Source: Eutreptiella sp. 'Long Island Sound 2002' (Eukaryota > Protista > Euglenida). From it: a stretch of DNA of 64,000 nt. This document shows, in pieces, positions 49,259 through 60,800 of the stretch; within the stretch, counting starts at the first letter, position 1, and the number at the start of each line of letters is the position of its first letter. The DNA is taken from contig OZ038378.1 in NCBI GenBank assembly GCA_964036045.1, positions 177,754,001-177,818,000 on the forward strand, written 5' to 3'. The notes under the pieces were generated by a model, which made no database searches, was not told the origin of the DNA, and saw nothing but the letters and a program-made list of their open reading frames with translations. The translations under genes and the position numbers were made by a program.

Positions 49259-50803
49259 CTATTGCCTTCGGCAAGTCCACCTCGCAGAGAATCTACTCCA
49301 AGCAACACACACACAAAATAGGGAAAAAACGACATAAATACGGCCTAAAACATGCTTTACATAGCTTGGATGGTCGTTATGGGTGGTCACAATATCAAAA
49401 ATATAGGTTTCGAAAACTTCGATTTTTGAGCTGGCCAGGGTGAAAAACTGCATAAGCAGGATCTGTACCCATCCCTTGGGAGACCACCCCCCCCCCCGGA
49501 CCTAATACCCAAATAGGGTGAAAAACACGTAAAATATACGGCCTAAAACATGCTTTACGTACCTTGGATGGTCATTTTAGGTGGTTACAATATCATAAAA
49601 ACAAGTTTCGAAAACTTCGATTTTTGAGCTGCCCAGGGTGAAAAACTGCATGAGCAGGTTGTGTACCAATCCCTTGGGAGACCCCCCCCTTGGACCTAAT
49701 ACCCAAATGGGGTGAAAAACACATAAATACGGCCTAAAACATGCTTAACATAGCTTGGATGGTCATATCGTGTGGTCACAATATCATAAAAACAAGTTTC
49801 GAAAACTTTGATTTTTGAGCTGCCCAGGGTGGAAAACTGCATCAAGCAGGTTGTGTACCGACCCCCCCTTTTTTTGGGTCGAAAATCATGAATCTTTTTT
49901 TTTTTCCATTTTGAGCCGAAAAAGTGTTTCCGGGTCCCGACTCCATGGGGTTTGTATGGGACGGAGTGGGACAAGCGCTATTGCAGTTTATGCACTTTTC
50001 AGCCATTTTTGGTATGTTGGGGGTTTTGGCGACCTCAGTGACCCCGTGGTATCCACTCTGAGGGGTGTGAGTGGGGATGTTGTGACAGTATATGCCTACT
50101 AGGATACGAAAGGACGTTTTTTGCAGTCTCTAGCCTTGCCGAGGGCCGCTCAAATGCCCGTGGCAACGACGCGAAATGGCTGTTTCCACCAATAATGGCC
50201 TAGTGAAGGGCCTAGTAGGGCCGGTACACAACCTGCTTGATGCAGTTTTCCACCCTGGGCAGCTCAAAAATCAAAGTTTTCGAAACTTGTTTTTATGATA
50301 TTGTGACCACACGATATGACCATCCAAGCTATGTTAAGCATGTTTTAGGCCGTATTTATGTGTTTTTCACCCCATTTGGGTATTGGGTCCCGGGGGGGGG
50401 GGGGGGCTCCCAAGGGATGGGTACACAACCTGCTGATGCAGTTTTTCAAAAATCAAAGTTTTGGAAACTTGTTTTTATGATATTGTGACCACTTAAAATG
50501 ACCATCCAAGCTATGTAAAGCATGTTTTAGGCCGTATTTACGTGCTTTTCACCCTATTCGGGTATTAGGTCCGGGGGTCTCCCAAGGGATGGGTACACAA
50601 CCTGCTCATGCAGTTTTTCACCCCAGGCAGCTCAAAAATCGAAGTTTTTGAAACCTATTTTTTTTTGATATTGTGATCACCTAAAATGATCATCCAAGGT
50701 ATGTAAAGCATGTTTTAGGCCGTATTTATATCGTTTTTCCCTATTTTGTGTGTGTGTTGCTTGGAGTAGATTCTCTGCGAGGTGGACTTGCCGAAGGCAA
50801 TAG
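49259..50803. mobile_element. Fold-back derivative of the Helentron-like repeat (same end on both sides)
   Basis: Begins CTATTGCCTTCGGCAAGTCCACCTCGCAGAG and ends CTCTGCGAGGTGGACTTGCCGAAGGCAATAG. About 3 units of a 175-190 bp repeat lie in opposite orientation either side of a central segment (about 49870-50220). Confidence 0.75.
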
Positions 50804-50967
50804 AATTTTTTTTTCACATTTCGACTTTTTCTGAAACCCTTCTGTTGCCCCTAGGATGGGTTTGGGTGATCATTTGATGACAATACGGGTACTAGAGCAC
50901 CCATGGGGACCCATGTAGTGGCCAGTGGGCCCATCTAGCCCGAGCCATGGGCCCCCCAAAAGCTTCA

Positions 50968-52555
50968 AAATCACCTCGCGGAGGTTGTTAGATCAAAGCC
51001 AGGCAGGCATATATAGGGGAAAACGCCACATACCCCCCCATTTTGGGCCTTTTTGGGCCTATTCGCGTACCCTACCCCAAGGGGTTGAATTGTTAGTTGA
51101 ACCCCTTGCAAAATCATTATTTTGTCCAATAAACGCATCCCCCAATGAGTTTTTGGTCCGGACCCCCCCCCAGACCCCCCCCACTTGAAACCCACTTTTT
51201 GGAGCTTTTGAGGGAGGTGGGGCGGTGGGGGGGGGGGGGGGGAAATGACCTCCCCTTTTTTTGGATCGAAAATCATAAATCTTTTGGTTTTTTTTCGATT
51301 TTGAGCCAGAAAAGTTTTTCCGGGTCCCGACTCCATGGGGTTTGTATGGGGTGGAGTGGGACGAGCGCTGATGCAGTTTATGCACTTTTCAGCCATTTCG
51401 GCTATTTGGACGATTTTAGCGACCTTGGTGACCCCGTGGTACCCGCTCTAAAGGTTGCAAGCATGGATGTTGTGGCAGTATATGCCTACTAGGATACGAA
51501 AGGACGTTTTTTGCAGTCTATAGTCTTGCCGACGGCCGGTCAAAACCCGTGCGAAAGACGCCAAATGACTGATTCCACCAATAATGGTTTGCATGAATGG
51601 TAACGGTACACAACCTGCTCATGCAGTTTTTCAGCCTGGGCAGCTCAAAAATAGAAGCTTTCGAAACGTATCTTTTTGATATTGTGACCACACAAAAGGG
51701 TCATCCAACCTATGTAAAGCATGTTTTAGGCCGTATTTATGTGTTTTTCACATTATTTGGGTATTGGGTCTGGGGGGGGGGGGGGTCCAAGGGATTGGTA
51801 CACAACCTGCTTGTGCAGTTTTTCACCCTGGTCACCTCAAAAATCGAAGTTTCGGACACTTATTTTATTGACATTGTGACCACTCACAATGACCATCCAA
51901 GGTATGTTAAGCATGTTTTAGGCCGTATTTATGTATTTTTCACCTTTTGGGGGGGGCAAGGGGTCTCCCAAGGGATTAGTACGCAAGCTGCTTATGCAGT
52001 TTTACACCCTTGGCAGCTCAGAAATCGAAGTTTCCGAAACTTGTTTTTTTGATATCGTGACCACACAAAATGACCATCCAACCTATTTAAAGCATGTTTT
52101 AGGCCGTATTTATGTGTTTTTCACATTATTTGGGTATTGGGTCCGGGGGGGGGGGGGGGTTCCCAAGGGACCGGTACACACCCTTGGCAGCTCAGAAATG
52201 GAAGTTTCGGAAACTTGTTTTTTTGATATCGTGACTACACAAAATGACCATCCAACCTATGTAAAGCATGTTTCTAGCAGTATTTATGTGGTTTTCACAT
52301 TATTTGGATATTGGGTCCGGGGGGGGAGGGGTTCCCAAGGGATTGGTACACAACCTGCTCATGCAGTTTTTCACCCTTGGCGGCTCAAAAATCGAAGTTT
52401 CCGACACTTTTTTTTTTGATATCGTGACCACACAAAATGAACATCCATGCTATGTAAAGCATGTTTTAGGCCGTATTTATGTAGTTTCCACCCTATTTTG
52501 GGTGTGTGTTGCTCGGGGTAGATTCTCTGCGAGGTGGACTTGCCGAAGGCAATAG
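50968..52555 (+). mobile_element. Helitron2/Helentron-like non-autonomous element with internal 175-190 bp tandem array
   Basis: 5' CACCTCGCGGAG (50972-50983) is near-inverted with 3' CTCTGCGAGGTG (52525-52536), followed by the hairpin TTGCC-GAA-GGCAA and TAG. About 5 repeat units (AAGCATGTTTTAGGCCGTATTT core). Confidence 0.6.
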
Positions 52556-53016
52556 AGTTGCTGTTTGTAGGTGGTTCACTGGCCTTTGGTGTGTGCACAA
52601 ACTGCTTGAGCAGTTTTCCACCCTCTACAGGTCCAAAATGGAAAATTTGCAAAACATTTTTTTGATATTGTGACCACTTACAATGATGAAATATCCTATC
52701 CAAAGCATGTTTTAGCCCCTCTTACTGTGTTTTTCACCCTATTTGGGTGTGGGGGGGGGGGGGGCTCCCAAGGGGTCTAGGGCATAACCTGCTTGATGCA
52801 GTTTTTCACCCTCGGCAGCTGAAAAATGGAAATTTTCGAAACTGATTTTTTTGATACTTTGACCATCCACAATGATCAAATATCCTATGTAAAGCATGTT
52901 TTAGCCCCTGTTTATGTGTTTTTCACCCTATTTGGGTGTTGAGGCGGGGGGCTCCCAAGGGGTCTAGGGCACAACCTGCTTACGCAATTTTCCCGCCTCA
53001 GCAGTTCAAAAATGGA

Positions 53017-54452
53017 AATCACCTCGCAGAGGTTGTTAGATCAAAGCCAGGTATATAGGGGAAAACACCACATACCCCTCATTTTGGCCTTTTTGGGCCT
53101 ATTTGCGTACCCTACCCCAAGGGGTTGAATTGTTACTTGAACCCCTTGTAAAATCATTATTTTGTCCAATAAACGCATCCCCCAATGAGTTTTTGGTCCG
53201 GACCCCCCCCCCCCCCCCAGACCCCCCCCCACTTGAAACCCACTTTTTTGAGGTTTTGAGGGAGGTTGAGGGGGTGGGGGGGGGGGGGGGGTGGGGGGGT
53301 GGGGAAATGGCCTCCCCTTTTTTTGGGTCGAAAATCTTGAATCTTTTGATTTTTTTCCATTTTGAGCCGAAAAAGTGTTTCCGGGTCCCGACTCCATGGG
53401 GTTTGTGAGCGCTTATGCAGTTTATGCACTTTTCGGCCATTTTTGGTACGTTGGCGGTTTTGGCGACCTCGGTGACCCCGTGGTATCCACTTTGAGGGGT
53501 GTGAGTGGGGATGTTGTGACTATATATGCCTACTACGATACGAAAGGACGTTTTTTGCAGTCTCTAGCCTTGCTGAGAGCCGGTCACAACCCGTGGCAAC
53601 GGCGCGAAATGGCTGTTTCCACCAATAATGGCCTAGTGAATGGGCTGGTACACAACCTGCTTGATGCAGTTCTCCACCCTGGGCAGCTCAAAAATCGAAG
53701 TTTTCGAAACTTGTTTTTATGATATTGTAACCACCTAAAATGACCATCCAAGGTATGTTAAGCATGTTTTGGGCCGTATTTCCATGTTTTTCACCCCATT
53801 TGGGTATTAGGTCCAAGGGGGGGGGGGTCTCCCAAGGGATTGGTACACAACCTGCTCATGCAGCTTTTCACCTTGGGCAGCTCAAAAATGGAAGTTTTGG
53901 AAACCTATATTTTTGATGTTATGACCACCCCAAATGACCATCCAAGCTATGTAAAGCATGTTTTAGGCCGTATTTACGTGTTTTTCACCCTATTCGGGTA
54001 TTGGGCGCACGGGGGGCACGGGGGGTTGTCTCCCAAGGGATGGGTACAGATCCTGCTTATGCAGTTTTTCACCCTGGCCAGCTAAAAAATCAAAGTTTTC
54101 AAAACCTATTTTTTTGATATTGTGACCATCCATAATGACCATCCGAGCTATGTAAAGCATGTTTCTAGCAGTATTTATGTCGTTTTTCAACCTATTTGGG
54201 TATTCGCTGTTGAGGGGGGGGGGGGGGGCTCCCAAGGGATGGGTACACAACCTGCTGATGCAGTTTTTTATCCTGGGCAGCTCAAAAATCGAAGTTTTCG
54301 AAACTTATTTTTCTGATACCGTTATCACTTAAAATGACCACCCAAGCTATGTAAAGCATGTTTTAGGCCGTATTTATGTCGTTTTTTCCCTATTTTGTGT
54401 GTGAGTTGCTTGGAGTAGATTCTCTTCGAGGTGGACTTGCCGAAGGCAATAG
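53017..54452 (+). mobile_element. Second Helitron2/Helentron-like copy
   Basis: 5' CACCTCGCAGAG at 53020-53031, 3' CTCTTCGAGGTG at 54422-54433 and the hairpin at 54437-54449. Same internal blocks as 50968-52555. Diverged repeat units flank it (52590-53015, 54453-54630), and an extra hairpin end lies at about 54665-54682. Confidence 0.6.
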
Positions 54453-56364
54453 AATTTCCGAAACTGATTTTTGTCATACTTTGACCATCCAAAATAATCA
54501 AATATCCTATGTATGCATGTTTCAGCCCCCCTTTATGTGTTTTTCACACTATTTGGGTGTGGGGGGGGGGGGGCTCCGAAGGGGTCTAGGGCACAACCTG
54601 CTTATGCAATTTTTCCGCCTCAGCAGCTCAAGAATGCTTGTCCCTCTCCCCCTCTTCCAGGTGCCTTGCCGAAGGCAATAGAATTTTTCGCATCATTTCA
54701 TGGTGGTTACACACCAATCTGCCCACAATTATCAACACCTCCAAGCCTGAGACACTGCTGTGCTGGTTTTGATTGTCTTACGCGCTATGGCAGGTGTGGT
54801 AAAACCAGCACTGAGTGCTCGACAGCATGCCATGGAGCCCACAGATTGGTCCCTGTATGACACTCAAGACCGTGTTTCAGGGGGATTTTCTGGGTCCCAC
54901 CTATTGCTCATGTTGATGCTCCTCAATCGATCCCAATCGTTTGTCTTGGCAATTGGTCACTTGCTCTGATGTGCCCGCTGATCTTCCTTATTCAGGGGTT
55001 GCATCCCAGCATCCCTCTTCTTGAAAAGTGGTCTTGGGCATTTGCTCCAACGCAATCCACCGCAATGCAACTTGTGAGAGCTTCACTGTAGATGTACCAA
55101 TTTTAAGAAAGATACATTCTCGCAGTCAAGTCCATCAACCAACTGCAAACTTTCATTCATTTGATTATGAACAATTGTTGTTGTGCTTAGAGTAAGCAAG
55201 TTCCCAAACCATCTTTTTCTCACTGCACCTTTTGAAAAAGAATACTGATCAGCCCCAGACGCGGGGACAATATTTTGGGGGCTGGCCAGGGGGCGTATTG
55301 CGCGCTGTGCCCGTGCTGCGCGCGCACTGTGCACAAAGTTTGTATAGTACCATGCCCAACCTGCATAGTAGTGCCTAGTACCCGTAACAATGAGCCTTGT
55401 TATGCATTTATAGGAGTTGCATGCATGCTTTGCCCTCATTTCTAGTGCATTAGTATGTGTTGTTGTGCATCCTTTCCTGTAGGTTCGTGGCATCTTTTTT
55501 TTCCCGATTCGCCCAATACATATTCAGTGGCTCTACTGTAAGTGCAGATAGTTCTGATTTGTCCTCCTCATCAGCCGGCAGCATAGAAACCCCATCGCGA
55601 AGCAAGAAGCATTGCCGTGTGGCTGTACATATCCGAAAGGGGGTTGTGGATGTGGATGCCATGTCGAGTGATGCATGTCCTGTACGTATGCTAAGCGAAG
55701 GGGAGTATGGTGTTCACACTTCGAGGTAAGGACAAATTTTATTCTTGCCTTTTTTTGCATGTGTCTTTGCTGTGGCTGGGTACACTGGCATCTCTTATGC
55801 TGGGGGGGTGAAACATCAGGCTGTCCAACATTGTGGGGGTGTAGTATGGTTTGTATAGGCAAGAATATTGCCAATTGTAGCAAAACCCCCAATTTCTTCC
55901 TGTCATGTGCGCGCTGTGCCCGCGCTGTGCACACACGCCCCCTGTGCGGTGCATGGTGTTTTTCGCTTTGTTGTGCAACAACATTTGAGGAGGCACCAAG
56001 CATCGTCTGTCAGGGGCGTGCACACGCTGCATACACCATTTATGTTGAGCCAAAAACGTATTGCAGACATCATTGATGTTGCACCAATTACAACGGGGGT
56101 TATCGTTTGCGGGGTGTATGCAACCCAATAGCTTCATTTTTGCTGTTTGTAACACTGTTTTTGCCCATTTGCACCTTTTCTTTTTTGAAGATGTAGGGCC
56201 ATGCCCCGTGAATCATTCATCAATGTAGCTCCAGTGCAGCCCAATGTACAACATGTAATGAACAGCAGTTCCTCAGAAGGCAGTCCCATTCGGTACAATC
56301 CCAATATGACAAAGCAAAATTGGGGGAAAACAGAGTCCAAAAAGTCTGTTTTGTGGTTCATGTA

Positions 56365-57103
56365 CCCCCCCCCCTTGCGCAAGCACCAGCCTGTCCAAGC
56401 ATGGGACCCCGTCTGACCGTCATTTTCCTGGTTTTTCTGACCGTGGTTTTTGTGGTCAGAAATGTAATGTGACGCGGTTGTGCCAATTGTAGAGAGAAAA
56501 GGGGGCTGGATCATGCTTCTGGTAGTTCTTCCTGCTCATACCAACATTCTGCTTGCAACTGCAACCCAGTGCTGTTTGTTTTGAAGTGATTTGCAGCCAT
56601 GGTTGTTACGTCTGGGCCACCGTTGAACATGTGCCTGCCAGAATTCTTGGTCCTTCTACTTATAGGATTTAGGGCCTTGGCCACGTGTTTGAGGGCAAGC
56701 TTTACTTTGCCAAAGATATTGTTCATGACAGCTTTGTCCCAAGGAATAAGAAGCTCTAACCCATTCCAAAACCTGCAGCCAAGCCTGTTCCAAAGCCTGC
56801 CGCAAAGGGCAAGTATATGCAATTGTTTAAGATGAGGCGCAAGGTTGGAAAGGGCTTCTATTCCACAGCTCCTGATGCCCCTGATGTGCAGTGAGGATGT
56901 CCAGAGCATGCTGAAATTCGCCTGCACATTGTGTTCTGGTGCCCTGTTGCGACAATTGTGGTTCGGGTGAGGTATGGGCAGGTGTTCGCCATATGCATTC
57001 TTTTGGCACCGTGTCGCGAGCAAGCACGGGCTTGTCTAAGCACCGGACCCCATCTGGCGGTCTCTTTCCTGATTTTCAGCATGCTTGCACAGGGAGAGGC
57101 AGG
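56365..57103. mobile_element. Non-autonomous DNA transposon (poly(C)-TGCGCAAGCA TIR), copy 2
   Basis: TA|C10-TTGCGCAAGCA ... TGCTTGCACAGGGAGAGGCAGG|TA. Colinear with 39959-40540 plus an extra internal segment (about 56525-56730). Confidence 0.75.
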
Positions 57104-57899
57104 TAGAGTTGCAGACAACAGGCACAACATAGCACGCAGGCATTTCGAGTACATTACGCCCCCTTTGAAATACCCCCCCCCCCCTGTCGTGACCCACCCC
57201 CAGGGGGTTGGGTTGGGTTGGGTGAAGGCCTCCCCCGGACGGCCAGACCCTGCGCTGCGTGATTGGGCTGGACGACTCCCGGCTGTCCGGTCACAAGGCC
57301 TACCGGACTGCTGACGGCCCCTGTACCCCGCGGAGGCACACGCGGGAGGGAGATGCCGCCGTGCCTGTGTGTGTGTGGGCGCGCGCGTTAGTGTGTGTGG
57401 TGCATGCGTGGCGCAGGGCTGCGAGGCACGTCGGGTCACACGGCTGGGCCGTGCCTGGCCCCTTCATGTTAGCGGGGGGGGGGGGGGGGTTGCTACCTTT
57501 ACGTTGGCCGCGTCCGTCTTCTGCGCGCGGTCCTGTATGGCCCCGGTGCTGTCACCGGCACCGGGGGTGCGGGGGCTGGTCCTCGTCTTACCTCTGCCTC
57601 CCTGACAACGCGCACAAGCTTGGGTTGCTGCGAGTTGTATTCTTTCAGCGTCAGTGCGCGGGAGCGGCTGCCGGCGTGAGGGCCCACCGCTGGGCCACAC
57701 CGGCTGTGGTGTAAAGCCACAAGGGCCTGCAGGCATAGGGTGTCATAGGTGCAGGCAGGGGCAGGGCGCCGTCACCCGGAGGCACAGCCGTAAGCAAGGC
57801 CACGCTAGCCCACGAGGGACGCGCTTCCGCCTCTGCGAGCAGGGCAAGCACCCAGTACACGGCCGCAGGCGGACATATAACGAGTACTACTGGAGCTCC

Positions 57900-60800
57900 T
57901 GGGTGCCAGCTGGGCTCCACTGGGAGTGCAATATGTAGGGACCCTGCACTGCACACCTGCTAGGACGCGAGCCCCCGCACCAAATACGACGCCGCCAGGG
58001 TGTAGGACCATGGCACGTATACCTGGGGGTCCTGTACGGCGACCACTGGGGGTTGCGGGGGGGGGCTGGTCTGGAGGGCTGTGCGGGTACGGCAGTGTTG
58101 CCCATAGGGCATGCACTTCAGCACAGGGGAGGTAGGGCCAGGGTACTTACGACCACCTCAGTGGCACGGCGCCGGGCTGCGGGCGTCATGCTGGCCTGGC
58201 CCGCGCTGGACGCCGTGTACCAGAGACCGGAGAGGGTGAGTGTGTCGCAGGAGATGGTGTCCTCCGTGTAGTGGGCGTCCCATGTGCACTGCAGCTGCGG
58301 TCGGCGGTGGACATCGTGCAGGACTCCGTCGACGGTGAGCGTGGCCCCTAGGGCTGGAGACGCATGGCTGAGGAGGAGAGCCTGTGCGCGAAGCAAGTGG
58401 AGGTAAGCGGCTGCGGACGTGCTGCCAGAGTTGACGTTCTGTGACGCCACAGAAGTGGCACTCCATGGGGATGCCCGAATTTTGGGGAGGGGGGGTGCCA
58501 CTCAAGCGTGCGGTAGGCGAATGCGCGCTTGATGGCACGCGTGGGCAGTGTGTCCGTCTCCAGGAGGTCATAGATGACGGTGCCGTCAGGGCGCCAATGG
58601 TGGGACCGGCGGCTGGCGTAGTAGGCTGCAGCGGTGGCATCTTCGTACGCCCGGTCCAGGCCCAGTTGGGGCTCCAACAGCAGGGCTCCCTGGTAATGCA
58701 GGACCAGGGCCCCTTGGAGGTGTTGCGGAAGAGGTATGGCCCACGGGGTGGGTGTGGAGGCCCCACGGGCGGCGAGGCCATGTGCCTTCCTGTTGAGGAG
58801 GGCCAGTAAGTGCTGAGCTTGGGTGTCGTGCTGGGCTGGGACCCACGGCTTCCAGTGCTGGCGGAGGCCCAGCAGGTTGAGGCAGAGGCGACGCCAGAAA
58901 AGCTCCAGGACTGTAAGCTTGGGTGGGGACCGGGTGTAGCTTCGGAGAAGGGCTGGGGAGCAGTCCGCGGACGACGCTAGGCATCCGTGCCATCCCTGCA
59001 GGAGGTGCAAGAGGTGCAGGGCGACAAGGCGGACCAGCCATTCAGCGCCCGTGGGCAAGGCCCATAAGCGGATGCCATACCAGGCGCGCAGGACGATGCC
59101 TACGCCGGGGGCGTAGAAGACTATGCCTCCACCCCCATCGCATTGACGGAGGGCCGCGTCGGTGGACAGCACGAGGTTGTGGTACTGCTAGAGGATAGCG
59201 GGATTGGAGTCGCATTGCACGGGCATGGCGGTCGTTGTGGCGTCCGGCAGGAGGGCGATCTGTACGGAGAGTTGCAGGGCTGCCTCTCTGAGGGGCTGCG
59301 ACTCGCTGCCTGGGACGGTGGCCTGTGAGAGGCATTGGGTAGAGCGCTATGCCAAGGAGGTTGCGGGAGCAGGAAGCCTGTGTGTGGGTGAGGAGTAGGC
59401 AGCATGCTGAGCAAAGGGACAAGTGCGGGCAGCCCGGGCCTCCGTAACGGGGGGCTAAGGACATGAGGGCACGGGACGTCCAGCGGGGCAGGCCGAGGAC
59501 CTAGCGGTAGAGTGCGCGAGCTTGCACGGACGCCTCTTCAACGTTCTCAGGGGGTAATGCGGCCCGCGAGGCGACGTAGTCCGGCAGGGAGAGGATGAAG
59601 GCCCATAGGGAGCGGAGCGCCAGGATGGTAGTGGCAGGGTTGGCGTCCATATGGAGGCGCATGCGGGCTATCTGTTTGGCCAGGTCGGCATACACGCCCG
59701 GGGGGTGCAGGGCTTTGGAGAGCGGGATGCCCACCACCTAGGGGTAGTCTCTAGAGGTGGATGTGAGGTAGTGAGGCACCAGGGTCTGCTACAGGCGGAG
59801 GACAGACCCGTTGAGCTCGAGGGCGAAAAAGCGGAGCTTGTCCATGTGGACGAGGCCACCCTTGGCAACGGTAGCCCTAGTACGGAGGCTAGTCAGGTCA
59901 ACCAGCGAGGAGAGCGTGGGTCGCACGAGAAGGCGGTCGTCGGTGTAGGAGAGGCTGCTGACGGGGACCCCGCTGGGCGTGGGGGGCAGCGGACGTCATC
60001 CGGATGGGGCACGCTGCCGCTGACCACCAGCTCGCCGACTTGGTACGTGTCTCCGGATGGGTTGTCGCCCTGGTTCGACCCTTCTTCCGTAATGTACGGC
60101 GGGGAAAACCATCTGCAGTCAGGGAGTGGATGCACATGCGACCGTAATACTTCAAGGCCCAAGGGCCGAAAACTCAGGGCAGCTGCAGGACGCCGTGCAG
60201 AGGGGTGCAGTCGTCCCGCTGCTGGTGGAGGAACGCGTCCGCCGAATCCCAGTCGGTGACGGCGGCTGTGCCGTGGGACTCCAGACACGCGAAGACTACC
60301 GCGCGGAAGGCCAGCGCCAGAAACGCAGGACGGATGTCGGCGCGGTAGGCGAAGGTCTCTAGGATGAGGGTCCCGGACAGCTCCAGGGACGGCGCAAGTA
60401 TCTCCCGCGCAGCCCGCAACTCTAAGCAGGTGAGGGGGCAGGTGAGGGTGACCGGGCGGTGCGCCTTGAAGAGGTGGGGGAACGGCTTGGACTTGTCGAT
60501 GCCCATCATGACGGAGTCAAGGGACAGCGAGTCCTGCTCCGCGTCCACCAGCCGGAGGTGGCGCTGGACACCTTGCACCCCTCCATGCCTGAGATGATGC
60601 AAGAGCGCATGGGGCCACTGGTCCAACCCTGCGAACAGCGACCCGGCCGCTGTCACACCCGGCTACGGTCATCGCGGAGTATGGGTCCGTCAGCTACCGC
60701 CGCACTGAAGAGGCCGCGGCGGCGAAAATCTACTGGGTGGGTGTCTGCGTGCAGTAGGTCGCCCAGGAGTGAGACAAGCAGGTGCGCCACGGGGTCGAAG

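Noticed and set aside
49259-54682. The many 60-160 aa ORFs in the repeat cluster
   Set aside because: They are translations of the tandem unit with variable G-run frameshifts, not genes.
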